Shown: in pieces, positions 26,395 to 35,908 of the stretch
Layout of the letters: each line of letters begins with the position of its first letter
Position numbering within the stretch: position 1 is the stretch's first letter
Assembly: GCA_021813145.1 (NCBI GenBank)
Contig: JAKALS010000005.1
Location: forward strand, 74,022-123,620
Reading direction: 5' to 3'
Origin: a bacterium
GTDB lineage: Bacteria > Patescibacteriota > Microgenomatia > Levybacterales > UBA12049
Length of the DNA stretch: 49,599 nucleotides
The notes under the pieces: model-generated
What the model saw: the letters and a program-made list of their open reading frames with translations, nothing else
Told to the model about the DNA's origin: nothing
The model's database searches: none
Translations under genes and position numbers: made by a program

Positions 26395-27123
26395 TTAACT
26401 TTGCGTAAGCCTTGAGCGTATAACAAGCCTTTTCCAGGTTGTTCCCGGAGGAGTGCAGGTTATAAGCGTTAAAAGGTTCTGGTTGTAATCCTGTTCAAGC
26501 ACCGAAGTATCGTTGGGGCTGACAACGGTAATGTTGTAAATGGTATATTTGTAAGTTGCCCCCGACACGGTTACATATATATTATCTCCTACTTGGAGTT
26601 CGTATGCACGGGCAAAAATAGTTTTGTAATTGTTCTGGTTGAAAAGCCAGGGAAGAGTCGAATGGCCGAATACTACGGCATTTCCTTTTTCCGGAGGGAT
26701 TGTAGTGCCGCCAAAATTCACGAGATGTTTTGCCAAATCGTCGTCGGTTGCCGAAACTACCGCGTTTGTAATATTCAGTTTTGGAATAGACATGTAATAG
26801 CTGTCAACAATAGGGGTGCCCTTTTGATATTTATATCCGGGGAACCAGTTGTCAGCATTGTTATAATCAACTCCCGAAAAATTCTGGGAAGCCTGGGATA
26901 TGAGGCTTTGTATGGTATCGGCGTTTACGACAGTAGCCTTTGGTATGGGAACCGCTATGTTGTCCTGCGCAAAAACGGGGGCAAAATATATCTGCCAGGA
27001 AACAAGGGGGAAAAATACATAGCTTGCTATCCCTAAACCGGAAACTACCAAAAAAAGACTGAAGAGTCTTGCGAGCAATTTTAATTTTTTGCCCGAGGCC
27101 TTTTTATAATAATATTTACCCAT
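26395..27123 (-). CDS. sortase family transpeptidase
   Basis: N-terminal TM anchor, catalytic His (VVFGHSTLPW), TLITCTPPGT (TLxTC Cys motif) and a downstream Arg (LVIRSRL). It overlaps the upstream gene by 8 nt. Confidence 0.85.
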   Translation of the reverse strand: MGKYYYKKASGKKLKLLARLFSLFLVVSGLGIASYVFFPLVSWQIYFAPVFAQDNIAVPIPKATVVNADTIQSLISQASQNFSGVDYNNADNWFPGYKYQKGTPIVDSYYMSIPKLNITNAVVSATDDDLAKHLVNFGGTTIPPEKGNAVVFGHSTLPWLFNQNNYKTIFARAYELQVGDNIYVTVSGATYKYTIYNITVVSPNDTSVLEQDYNQNLLTLITCTPPGTTWKRLVIRSRLTQS

Positions 27124-29497
27124 TAATGTTTATGGAAATTGTTATGTTTTTAGGATTTTTGGGCAGAATTTTTGGAAGAAGAGGGATGGACGGAGATATC
27201 TTAACGCTCACGCTCGAGACGTGGGGTATTTGCATGAGAATGCTTTGCGCTTTTGAAAAGGATTGTCCCGAGATCTCTTTGGAAAGAGTCAACTGGTCTA
27301 TTTTGGGAAGAAGGTAAGCCTGAATATTAAGATTTGCGTCCACATTTGAAGAATCCTGTCCTTTTACGCTTTTTACATTAACATTTAAATTGTCTTGATT
27401 TATGGTGATGTTATTGTTGTTGAACAGGTTAAGGGCAAGGTTTACCATGTCATTTTTGTTGTAGGAAACAGCCTGGTAGGTTACCGTTCCGGTCAGGGTT
27501 ACCTGGTTTGCCTGGTCGCCGACGTTTTTGTCAAAGCTTTTACTTGTTACGTCTTCGGAAAAAAACCCGGGCAAAAGCTGACTGTCTCCGGAAACCTTTC
27601 CCGTTATGTCGCTTTTTGCTTTGTCTTCCAATTTTTTAGGAAGATCTGATAAGAGTTTATCGACGTCATCCTGCGAAACAACCGTAATATTTTTTGTAGT
27701 TCCTCCCGAAAAAGGATTATCGTTTTTTGCCGCAACCGAAGGATCGTTCCCTATATTAAAGACGGTATCCGAAGGAAGGTTATAATTGCTGCCGAAAGTA
27801 GCTGCCGTTACGTTAACATCTTGGGTTGCCGGTTTTGTTCCCGAGAACGGATCACCGGATGCGGATGCGAGGGAAACTCCGTTATCGAGCGTAAATTTAA
27901 GTCCGTTGGAAGACACAATTGTTGTCCCGGCCGGATAACTAACCGAGTTGCTTGAGTTGTTAAAGACGGTAACGGTCCCTTTTGCCTGGTTGCCCGTCTG
28001 TTTATTTCCCGTCGCGTTTGCGGTATCGGTACCGTTCTCGTTTACCGAAACAAACTGTGCGGCAACGACGTTATTCGCTACATCTGTAGGAGAGTCGGTT
28101 GAAAAGGTTACCGTATCGTCTTTTTGGGAGACATCCGGTTGAATATTTAAAACTACGCTAGCTTTAGATGTAAAAAGAAAAAGTACAAAAAGAACGATTA
28201 TAAGAATGATGATTCCCGCAGGAACCGCAAGAAAGATACCTTTTGTTTTTGCATATTTTTTAATAAAGGGCAAATTTATCTTTTTAAAGTCTATCCTTTT
28301 TAAGGAGGCCAAAAAAGCGGGTATTGTTTTTTTAACAAGGGGAATCACTTCGGAAAATCTCGAAGCCGTCTCCCGCCTTTCATCGTTTAGCATGAGCTTT
28401 TGCGGTATTTCTTCTATCGCTTCCGCCGCAGGTTCTTCATTTCCAAATCCCTCAAGCGAATCGGATTCCAGTTTTTCGTTCTTGGTTTCGGGTTCTTTGT
28501 TTACCGACTGCTCGTTGTCTATTGATTTTCCTATATCTTCGTTTTCCAAAAATCCGAAAAACTCCGGGGATGCTGCTTCGCTTACATCTTCAACCTTTTC
28601 CTCAAAAGGGTTTCCGGTTACCGCTTCCGTCTCTTCGGTTACAGGTTCTTCCGCCGGAAGCACCGGTTCTTCGACTTTTAGCCCCTGATCTTCGGACGGT
28701 TCAAATTTCGTTACCTCCCCTTCCTCTTTTTTAATATATCCCGTTATAATACTCAGGCTCATTTGCGCACCGGTTCCCAGAAGCATCGCATTCGCCTCAA
28801 ATTCCGGGCTTAGATTAACTATTTGCGGGAGGTGCAAAAAGGGAAGACTTTTACTCCATTGGTGGCCGGTTAATTCCTGGATTGTGTCTTCGGAAGCGTT
28901 AAATACTATTATTTTTGAAGGAAGAATTTCCGGCGATTCAAAGTGTTTTAAGAGGGTGTCAATTGTGTAGGGAACATTTTCGTGTATTTCCGAGCTTTTT
29001 GTTTCGATCACTTTCCCGGCTTTTACAAGGGAAATACTTATGTATCTTTTTCCTATGTCGGCAAGTATTGCGGTAATGGGTGCGCCTTCTTCTTTTTGGA
29101 CAAGGCTTGTGACCGCTTCGTTTAGGACAAGAAATCCTATTGGCGTAAGAACAAGCTCGTCGGATGCTTTTTTCAGTTTATCCAGATACTCTTTTTTTAT
29201 CTTGTTGTCTTCTATCCACGAACCCTTAAGCCCGAATATTGCTTTTTGGGTTTCTATATTATCGGGTAGAGCTTCCTCGGCTCCGGAGATTGCCTTATCA
29301 AGGGTGTTTAAAAAGTCTTCGGTGGATGCATTTTCTACCGAATCGGGGAATTCTTCCTGGTGCTCGGAAATTATTTTTAGGTTTCTTTCCTGTTGCTCGA
29401 GTATGACCGCGACGGCTTTTTCATTCCTAAGGACCAGGGCCAGGTAGTATTCCGGCTTTTCTTTTTTATCCAAAAAAGAAGGTTTGGGTAGTTTCAT
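27116..29497 (-). CDS. large bitopic membrane protein (cytoplasmic N-domain, acidic linker, TM, extracytoplasmic beta-rich domain)
   Basis: 793 aa. The N-terminal ~260 aa is vaguely FtsA/PilM-like in pattern (YYLALVLRNEKAVAVILEQ..ILADIGKRYISISLV). This is followed by an acidic linker, a TM helix GIFLAVPAGIIILIIVLFVLFLF, and a C-terminal T/S/N-rich domain (GTVTVFNNSSNSVSYPAGTTIVSSNGLKFTL, reminiscent of baseplate-J-like annotations in CPR). It is in an operon with the sortase. Confidence 0.35.
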   Translation of the reverse strand: MKLPKPSFLDKKEKPEYYLALVLRNEKAVAVILEQQERNLKIISEHQEEFPDSVENASTEDFLNTLDKAISGAEEALPDNIETQKAIFGLKGSWIEDNKIKKEYLDKLKKASDELVLTPIGFLVLNEAVTSLVQKEEGAPITAILADIGKRYISISLVKAGKVIETKSSEIHENVPYTIDTLLKHFESPEILPSKIIVFNASEDTIQELTGHQWSKSLPFLHLPQIVNLSPEFEANAMLLGTGAQMSLSIITGYIKKEEGEVTKFEPSEDQGLKVEEPVLPAEEPVTEETEAVTGNPFEEKVEDVSEAASPEFFGFLENEDIGKSIDNEQSVNKEPETKNEKLESDSLEGFGNEEPAAEAIEEIPQKLMLNDERRETASRFSEVIPLVKKTIPAFLASLKRIDFKKINLPFIKKYAKTKGIFLAVPAGIIILIIVLFVLFLFTSKASVVLNIQPDVSQKDDTVTFSTDSPTDVANNVVAAQFVSVNENGTDTANATGNKQTGNQAKGTVTVFNNSSNSVSYPAGTTIVSSNGLKFTLDNGVSLASASGDPFSGTKPATQDVNVTAATFGSNYNLPSDTVFNIGNDPSVAAKNDNPFSGGTTKNITVVSQDDVDKLLSDLPKKLEDKAKSDITGKVSGDSQLLPGFFSEDVTSKSFDKNVGDQANQVTLTGTVTYQAVSYNKNDMVNLALNLFNNNNITINQDNLNVNVKSVKGQDSSNVDANLNIQAYLLPKIDQLTLSKEISGQSFSKAQSILMQIPHVSSVSVKISPSIPLLPKILPKNPKNITISINING

Positions 29498-29499
29498 AA

Positions 29500-31335
29500 T
29501 TATTCGCCCACAACGGCATAAATTCTGCGCTGTCCGTTACCTATATTTTCCTGTTTTATTATCTTAAACCTTTTTAGCCTCGATGTAAAATCCACGTGCG
29601 GCCCTCCGCAGAATTCGACAGAGTAATAGTTTCCGCCGGCCTGTTCCCCTACGAAATAGACTTTTACGTCGTTTCCGTATTTTTCGTCAAAAAGTCCTAT
29701 TGCCCCGGTTTCTTTTGCTTTATCAAGAGGCATTATTTCAAAATGTACGGGCAGGTTTTCCTTTATTTTTCCGTTAACCGTATCTTCGAGTTTTTTTATC
29801 TCTTCGTCGGTTAATTTCCTGTCAAAGTTAAAATCAAACCTTAATCTTTCCGTTGTAATATTGCTTCCCGTCTGGTGCAAGTCCTGCCCGAACATATCCC
29901 GCAATGCCTTATGCAAAAGATGTGTTGCCGTATGACCCATTACCGTTTTTTCCTGTGTGTCGGCAAGCCCGCCTTTGAATTTTTTCTGTGAGCCCGCTCT
30001 TGAAAGCTTTTGGTGTTCTTGCATTAAGCTTGCGAACTGCTGTTCGTCAAAAACGTATCCCAGACTTCTAATCTGGGTCGGGGAGAGGCCATGACTTTGG
30101 TAAATGTCAAAAGCGTCCTTTGCCGGTATTTCTTTTACTCCGTTTACTTCTTTTCCCGGAAATTTTTTCTCCAAAACAGCATGAGCCTGTTTTAACGTCT
30201 CTCTATACTTATTTATTTCATTTAAAATAATCAGCTTTATATTTTCAAAATTATCCGCCAATTCATTATCTGTATTTTTATACTGTTCTATTATTGAGCC
30301 AATGATTGAATTTACGGGAAGATTAATTTCTTCAAATTCCCTAAGTTCGTTTATATTGTCAAATGCTCTTCTAATTAATCTTCTTAAAATATAACCCTGT
30401 TCTTTGTTTGATGGCACGATTTTGGAATTAACTATAAAAACTGAAGCGGCAAAATGGTCTGCGATTATTTGCATCGCTCTTTTATTTTCCTTATATTTTT
30501 TTTCTGTAATTCTTTCTATCTCTTTTATTATTGGAGCAAACAAGGATGTTTCGAATATGTCGGGTTGATCTTCAACAGCTGCCAAAAGTCTTTCCGCACC
30601 GCCCCCAAAGTCTACATTTTTCTGAGGTAATTCCTTAAATCCGTCCCCCGTTTTTAAGTACTGCATAAATACCGAATTTGCAATTTCCATATATTTTCCG
30701 CATTCGCATAAAACCGGAGAATCTCCTTCGCATTCATCTTTGTGTTCTATGTTGTCAAAACGGTAGTACACTTCGGTATCTGGCCCTCCCGGTTCACCTA
30801 CGGGCATATTTTTCGGAACGCCGCTTCGTGACCACCAGTTTTTGTCAACACCTGCAAAAAATATTCTATTTTCCTGGACAGAGCCGAATGAATTCTTCAG
30901 TACTTCATTCCATATGTCAAAAGCTTCGCTATCCTTAGGTACCGAGCCGTCATCCGTTCCTGCGAATACGGTTATATAAAGCTTTTCTTTCGAAATTTTG
31001 AGTTCTTCTGTCAGAAATTCCCACAGCCAGGGGATTTCTTCTTTTTTAAAATAGTTTCCCAAAGACCAGTTCCCAAGCATCCTGAAAAATGTTTCATGCC
31101 TGCTGTCTCCGACCTCGTCTATATCAACGGCCCTGAAGCAGTTTTGTACATCTACAAGTTTTTGTCCCTGGGGATGTTTTTCCCCCAAAAGATAGGGGAT
31201 TAAGGGTTGCATTCCCGAAGATGTAAAAAGAGTTGTCGGATCGTTTTCGGGGACAAGAGGAGAATTTGCTATGGGTTTATGCCCTCTTTCTTCGAAGAAT
31301 TTAATATATTTTTGAATTATTTCCTGAATAGTCAT
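29500..31335 (-). CDS. alaS: alanine--tRNA ligase, compact form (no C-Ala domain)
   Basis: FFEERGHKPIANSPLVPENDPTTLFTSSGMQPL, FRMLGNWSLGNYFK, DFGGGAERL, and the editing-domain motifs HTATHLLHKALR and CGGPHV. The ORF ends right after the editing domain, at 611 aa. Confidence 0.9.
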   Translation of the reverse strand: MTIQEIIQKYIKFFEERGHKPIANSPLVPENDPTTLFTSSGMQPLIPYLLGEKHPQGQKLVDVQNCFRAVDIDEVGDSRHETFFRMLGNWSLGNYFKKEEIPWLWEFLTEELKISKEKLYITVFAGTDDGSVPKDSEAFDIWNEVLKNSFGSVQENRIFFAGVDKNWWSRSGVPKNMPVGEPGGPDTEVYYRFDNIEHKDECEGDSPVLCECGKYMEIANSVFMQYLKTGDGFKELPQKNVDFGGGAERLLAAVEDQPDIFETSLFAPIIKEIERITEKKYKENKRAMQIIADHFAASVFIVNSKIVPSNKEQGYILRRLIRRAFDNINELREFEEINLPVNSIIGSIIEQYKNTDNELADNFENIKLIILNEINKYRETLKQAHAVLEKKFPGKEVNGVKEIPAKDAFDIYQSHGLSPTQIRSLGYVFDEQQFASLMQEHQKLSRAGSQKKFKGGLADTQEKTVMGHTATHLLHKALRDMFGQDLHQTGSNITTERLRFDFNFDRKLTDEEIKKLEDTVNGKIKENLPVHFEIMPLDKAKETGAIGLFDEKYGNDVKVYFVGEQAGGNYYSVEFCGGPHVDFTSRLKRFKIIKQENIGNGQRRIYAVVGE

Positions 31336-31451
31336 TACTTTTTAACCCTGGGATTTACAAGCTTTATAACCTGCTTGCAAAGCTAAGCTAATTATAGCAG
31401 AGAAGGCTAGTATCTGGTATTCGGTGTTTGGTGTTTGTGAAATACAAAATT

Positions 31452-31661
31452 CTACGATAATTCCGGGGAGAATTGAAGATTATCGTAATATTCTTTCGCC
31501 GACCAACCCTGGTTAGCACTGTCAAATACTTCAATTTCCCGGGCCGGTTGAATTGATTGCGGTGTTTCGGTAGATGGGGATACGTTTCTAATCTCGATAT
31601 CCGAAGTACCGATAGGCAACCCGATTTCTAAATTTTCTTTATTCATAATACTCACCCCCAA
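31452..31661 (-). CDS. hypothetical small protein
   Basis: 69-aa ORF in an otherwise empty gap. No motif recognised. Confidence 0.3.
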   Translation of the reverse strand: MGVSIMNKENLEIGLPIGTSDIEIRNVSPSTETPQSIQPAREIEVFDSANQGWSAKEYYDNLQFSPELS

Positions 31662-31722
31662 TAAATAAACAGAGAATGAAGATTCTATAATTGTTTTCTG
31701 AAATTATCCTGAGGCGGTTTAT

Positions 31723-32124
31723 CTAGTGCGGATTGGGTTTATACGCCGGTTCGGGCCAGTTATAGGGGTTTCTGATGTATTCGGCAATTCCCAATACACT
31801 TCCCACAAATTCTTCATTATCTTTTACCTGTTCTTCCGACCATAATTCAACTGCCGAATGCAGAGCTTCAAAAATATTTCCGTCCACCTGGTAAGCACTT
31901 TCCAATACTTCTCCGTTTTTCTCGGTTTCTCTTCTGAGAATAAGTGCGTATTTTATTCCTAAGCTGGGATTTGTTGAGGGGATTAAAGAGGTTATCTCTA
32001 CAGAGTCCGGTGCTCCGTCTGCGATAAAATCGGCAAGACGGTTTACGTTTTTTTCAATGCTGTCTTCTATTACCGTTTCTTCTTCCGAAATTTCCCAAAG
32101 CCCGGTTTCAAGTCTGCTTGCCAT
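31723..32124 (-). CDS. hypothetical acidic protein
   Basis: 133-aa ORF with no competing frame. No motif recognised. Confidence 0.45.
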   Translation of the reverse strand: MASRLETGLWEISEEETVIEDSIEKNVNRLADFIADGAPDSVEITSLIPSTNPSLGIKYALILRRETEKNGEVLESAYQVDGNIFEALHSAVELWSEEQVKDNEEFVGSVLGIAEYIRNPYNWPEPAYKPNPH

Positions 32125-32220
32125 TTAGACTAAAATAGCAATACAAACGGCAATAGTCAATAATTAATTGGTTCACGGTTTGGCAGTTTATGATTTATAG
32201 ACTTTATAACTTATGAGCAG

Positions 32221-34461
32221 TTAGGGGGTAGTTGTCGGTGTAGGGCTCGGTAGTATGGAAGGGATTACCGAAGGAGAAGGACCAGCTGTTCCCCTGGGAG
32301 TAGCGGATGGTTTTATTGAAGGACTCGGTGATGTCTTCGGACTTGGAGTCGGACTTGCTTTTGGACTTGCGCTTGCGGAAGGGCTGGGGCTTATGGAAGA
32401 GCTCGGCGAAGGTGAAGGACTCTTAGACGGAGAAGGCGAGGGAGAGGGGGAAGACGAGGGGGACGGAGAAGGCGAGGGGGAGGGAGTTGTAACCGTTATG
32501 CCGGGAACGGGGACCTGTCTTGGAGCCAAATTACTGTAGGGAGCGGGAGTTTTGGGAGGGGGAGTAAATCCGAAAATTATTATTCCGGCTCCTAGGGCAA
32601 GCATTGCAAGAAGAACCCACATTGCGGCAGAACTTTCCGTTATTCCCGTTCCCGCCTGGGCGGGGGCTCTTTGGGGAGGAGTATATTCGCTTGTGCTAAT
32701 AAGACTGTAGACGGGTGCGGAAAAAAACAATCCTCCCTGCCAAACTAGCAAAATTGCCAGGGTAAAAATAAGAAGGCTTTGCCTGAAGAATATAAAACCG
32801 AAAGCCGCCGCAAAACAGATTATTGCTATCAGCATTTCCGATTCGGTTGACCTTATCGCGCTTAAAATTTTTAATTTGGGGTTTGCTTTTTGCGTCCTTA
32901 AAAAAACTCCGTTTCGCTGTATCAGACCCTGGACACTGCCAAGTGTAATTGCCCATCCGAAACTGAAAAAGTTAGACATTGCGGAAATAGAATCCCTTGT
33001 ACTAAGCCCTAAGGCATTTTTTAATACCCATACGAATCTCCAAAGACCCGTAAACAAGAGTACGGTAGGGATAAGAATGAGGGGAGTCCTAAAAGGAATA
33101 AATCCCTGGATCTGTGGATAAAGGCTTAATATTCCTCCTAAAATCAGGAAAAATGCAAAAAATAAATTCAAAAGGTCGTTGTACCACTGCAGGCCTCCGG
33201 CAAGGTAATAATATTTCTGTGCAAATGTAAGTTTATTTGAAGGGTCTACCATGCCGGACCAGGGGAGAAGTGCTTCCCAGTGTTTTTTTAATATCTGTAT
33301 TCCTCCGAAACACCACCTGAACCGCTGCTTTTTAAATTCGTCGAAAGTTAAAGGCATCAAACCTCTTCCGTAGCTTTTATCAATATACAAAGATTGGTAA
33401 CCGAGTTTTAAAATCCTTAGGCTTGCCTCGGCGTCTTCGGTAATACACCATTCGTCCCAGCCTCCGATTTCTAAAAGCACGGACTTTCTTAAAAGTCCCA
33501 TTGTTCCCGCAAAAATTATTGCATTCCTTTCGTTTCTAGACTGCATGGAAACGCTGAAAAAATATTTGTATCCAAGGTAAGCCGCCCTAAAAAATGAATT
33601 GGCTGCGCTTCTTCTGTAGTCCTGCGGAGTTTGGACAAAAGCAATTTTTTCGTCATGAAAAAAGGGAATAAGGTCTTTTAAAAAATTCGGTTTTACTTCG
33701 TAGTCGGAATCTATAACTCCTATAACCTCGGCATCTTTTGAGGTTTGGGACAGGGCAAAATTTAATGCCCCTGACTTGTATCCCGGCCAGTCGGACAAAT
33801 GGAAAAATTTGAATCTGTCGCCCAAACGTTTGCAGGCCTCTTCCAAAGGCTGCCAGGTTTCTTTTTGGGGAGTGTTGTTGTCTATTACTATGATTTCGTA
33901 ATTTTCGTAGTCAAGCTTTGCCAGAGTCTCAAGGGTTCTTATTACTATATCGGCAGGCTCGTTATAGCAGGGAAGGTGAAGGGAAACTTTCGGAGCGTAA
34001 GTTGTTCTTGAAAGCTCTCTTACTTTTCTTCGCCAGCGGGACCTGCAAAGAGTATCCAAAGCTTCAAATGCGTATGAAAGCGTTAAAAAAAGCGCAAACG
34101 TTTCTATAAGGAAAAATATAAGGGCCAGGGTATACCCCAATACATTTGCGGTTGCAAAAGCCGTAATTCCGAAGGAGTAGACAAGATAAATAACTATAAG
34201 GGTAAAAAGGTGTGTCCATGCCGCTTTAGCCAGAAAATTCCAGTCGGGTAAAAGCAAAATCCATACAACCCCCTCTATTGCTATAAGTCCGTAGAGGATA
34301 TATTCGTTTTTGACAAAAAAAGCTCCTATTCCTATTGTTATTAGAAGCCACAAAAGAGAAATAACAGGACTTGAAATCCGTGTTTTTACACCAAAAAGTA
34401 CAAGAGGCACAAAACTTACAACAAACAATATGGCAGATAGGTATAAAGCATCGGTTAACAT
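32221..34461 (-). CDS. processive family-2 glycosyltransferase (cellulose/chitin/PNAG-synthase-like) with SP-repeat tail
   Basis: N-terminal TM helices, a GT2 core (VSLHLPCYNEP, IIVIDNNT, VIDSDY, ITEDAE), the QxxRW motif QRFRWCFGG, C-terminal TM helices, and a tail PSPSPSPSPSSSPSPSPSPSKSPSPSPSSS... Confidence 0.85.
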   Translation of the reverse strand: MLTDALYLSAILFVVSFVPLVLFGVKTRISSPVISLLWLLITIGIGAFFVKNEYILYGLIAIEGVVWILLLPDWNFLAKAAWTHLFTLIVIYLVYSFGITAFATANVLGYTLALIFFLIETFALFLTLSYAFEALDTLCRSRWRRKVRELSRTTYAPKVSLHLPCYNEPADIVIRTLETLAKLDYENYEIIVIDNNTPQKETWQPLEEACKRLGDRFKFFHLSDWPGYKSGALNFALSQTSKDAEVIGVIDSDYEVKPNFLKDLIPFFHDEKIAFVQTPQDYRRSAANSFFRAAYLGYKYFFSVSMQSRNERNAIIFAGTMGLLRKSVLLEIGGWDEWCITEDAEASLRILKLGYQSLYIDKSYGRGLMPLTFDEFKKQRFRWCFGGIQILKKHWEALLPWSGMVDPSNKLTFAQKYYYLAGGLQWYNDLLNLFFAFFLILGGILSLYPQIQGFIPFRTPLILIPTVLLFTGLWRFVWVLKNALGLSTRDSISAMSNFFSFGWAITLGSVQGLIQRNGVFLRTQKANPKLKILSAIRSTESEMLIAIICFAAAFGFIFFRQSLLIFTLAILLVWQGGLFFSAPVYSLISTSEYTPPQRAPAQAGTGITESSAAMWVLLAMLALGAGIIIFGFTPPPKTPAPYSNLAPRQVPVPGITVTTPSPSPSPSPSSSPSPSPSPSKSPSPSPSSSISPSPSASASPKASPTPSPKTSPSPSIKPSATPRGTAGPSPSVIPSILPSPTPTTTP

Positions 34462-34465
34462 ATTT

Positions 34466-34831
34466 TTAACTAAAAATTAAGTGAATTAAAAATAAAGCAA
34501 AAAATATTGCGCCAAAAAGGAAAAGTATTAAAGATACATATAAATAGTTTTTGGAATGTATCAAATCCTGGGTACTAAGTCCTCGGCTTCTAATAAGGCT
34601 TTCGTTTTTTAGAAAAACCAAAGGGGCAAAAATTATAGTCAGGATACCTCCCAAGCTGAGGCCGAAGAAGGCGAGTTTTAACCAGCTTACGGAAAATTTG
34701 CCTCCGACAGGGTAGGGCACGGGCGTACCTTCCCTCTTTTTAGGGATATTTAAAACTTCGCCTGAAGCGGATTTGACTGTATAGTAATCGTTTGTTTGCG
34801 ACAGGTAAGTTAAATCGTCCATTAATAGCAC
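34466..34831 (-). CDS. small membrane protein, first gene of the GT2 operon
   Basis: 121 aa with two hydrophobic helices. Its stop is 4 nt before the GT2 start. Confidence 0.5.
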   Translation of the reverse strand: MLLMDDLTYLSQTNDYYTVKSASGEVLNIPKKREGTPVPYPVGGKFSVSWLKLAFFGLSLGGILTIIFAPLVFLKNESLIRSRGLSTQDLIHSKNYLYVSLILFLFGAIFFALFLIHLIFS

Positions 34832-35053
34832 TCTACAATAGCATTCTTAAAGTTGTGTAATTTTAATGTAAGGATTTGATGATTAGAGTGTATTTTTGTT
34901 ACAATTACGCAATGAAAAAGTTCAGGCTATGGTGGATTGCAATTCCTTTATAAATGTTCGGCCTAAGGACAAAAATACGAGCAATGAAATTCAAGATCTG
35001 GATTTGAGAAAAAAGTTCGAAGATTTAATAAAATATTTTTTCGGGAACATATT

Positions 35054-35320
35054 ATGAAAAACAAACAGATTTTAGGAGCACTAGCTTTAGATTTAAAAAG
35101 AGTTGCTATCGCATACTTTAGGGGATCTAACGGTATGGCTGAAAGATTTTTAACAGAGGCGCTTAAGAGAAAAAGTGAATTAGACGATAAAAACCTGAAG
35201 CCTTATTTGGTTAATTTCTTAAACATGATTGAAAGTCTTAAAAAAGAAAAACGAGGTAGAGCCGCTGACAGCGCTCTATTATATAGTACGATTTTTCAAA
35301 ACGCTTCAGCATCATTATAG
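35054..35320 (+). CDS. hypothetical helical protein
   Basis: 88-aa ORF. A 42-aa frame (34929-35057, MVDCNSFINVRPKDKNTSNEIQDLDLRKKFEDLIKYFFGNIL) ends in an ATGA overlap with its start codon. Confidence 0.4.
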   Translation: MKNKQILGALALDLKRVAIAYFRGSNGMAERFLTEALKRKSELDDKNLKPYLVNFLNMIESLKKEKRGRAADSALLYSTIFQNASASL

Positions 35321-35390
35321 TACTAATTCATACCCTTTTTCCTGATGTCTATCTCCAATATAATCTAAAATTCACTCTTGAGTCGTCAAG

Positions 35391-35415
35391 TTTACAGTTC
35401 ACAGTATACTGTAAA
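35391..35415. promoter_or_regulatory. nested palindromes (operator-like): TTTACAGT..ACTGTAAA around the perfect 12-mer ACAGTATACTGT
   Basis: ACAGTATACTGT at 35401-35412 is self-complementary. The outer arms are TTTACAGT (35391-35398) and ACTGTAAA (35408-35415). Related GTATAC-centred words recur at 35454-35464 and at 41903-41929. Confidence 0.5.
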
Positions 35416-35445
35416 CAATGTCAATACCCTTATTCGCAAAGCAAA
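35398..35445 (+). repeat. 48-bp direct repeat, copy A (40/48 identical to 41910-41957)
   Basis: TTCACAGTATACTGTAAACAATGTCAATACCCTTATTCGCAAAGCAAA aligned by hand to copy B. It contains a reverse-strand TTGACA box and hairpin family member H1. Confidence 0.8.
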
Positions 35446-35457
35446 GAATTTAAAGTG
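35433..35457. repeat. hairpin-repeat family member H1 (degenerate right arm)
   Basis: TTCGCAAAGCAAAGAATTTAAAGTG. The left arm and loop match the family, but the right arm has decayed. Confidence 0.5.
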
Positions 35458-35497
35458 TATACTACAACAATAACTTGACAGGCTTTGTATCTCTTAC

Positions 35498-35535
35498 TTG
35501 ACACCCTGTGATAACTGTTGTAAAATAATTACAAC
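35498..35535 (+). promoter_or_regulatory. promoter and operator of the XRE-ImmA-exonuclease cassette
   Basis: -35 TTGACA at 35498-35503, a 17-nt spacer, and -10 TAAAAT at 35521-35526. The inverted repeat GTTGTAA-AATAA-TTACAAC (35517-35535) covers the -10 and ends at the ATG (35536). A second TTGACA lies at 35475-35480. Confidence 0.6.
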
Positions 35536-35907
35536 ATGAAATTTGGAGATTATTTCAGACAATTACGGATAGCTAGGGAAATGACTCTTCGAGGATATTG
35601 TGAGCGATTTGGGCAAGACCCATCAAATATTAGTAGACTGGAGAATGGCAAACTAAATCCTCCTAAAGACGTTGGGAAATTGAAAGGTTATGCTATTTCT
35701 CTTGGATTAAAAGAAAATACAAAGGAATGGATTAATTTTTTTGATTTGGCATATCAAGCCAACAAAGAACTTCCCAAAGAAATTAAAGAGGAAGTCCCTG
35801 AAGTAATTGCCTTATTACCGGCATTTTTAAGAACGGGGAATAATAAGAAAATAAATAAAGAAAAGGTTAAAAAACTTATTAAATTTCTGGAAAAAGGCGG
35901 AGAGTAA
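35536..35907 (+). CDS. XRE-family HTH transcriptional regulator
   Basis: FGDYFRQLRIAREMTLRGYCERFGQDPSNISRLENGKLNPP is the HTH_3 pattern. 123 aa. Confidence 0.85.
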   Translation: MKFGDYFRQLRIAREMTLRGYCERFGQDPSNISRLENGKLNPPKDVGKLKGYAISLGLKENTKEWINFFDLAYQANKELPKEIKEEVPEVIALLPAFLRTGNNKKINKEKVKKLIKFLEKGGE

Positions 35908-35908
35908 T

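Noticed and set aside
32255-32539. 94-aa (GEG)n-rich forward ORF
   Set aside because: It is the mirror image of the SP-repeat tail of the GT2 gene. It is a compositional artefact.
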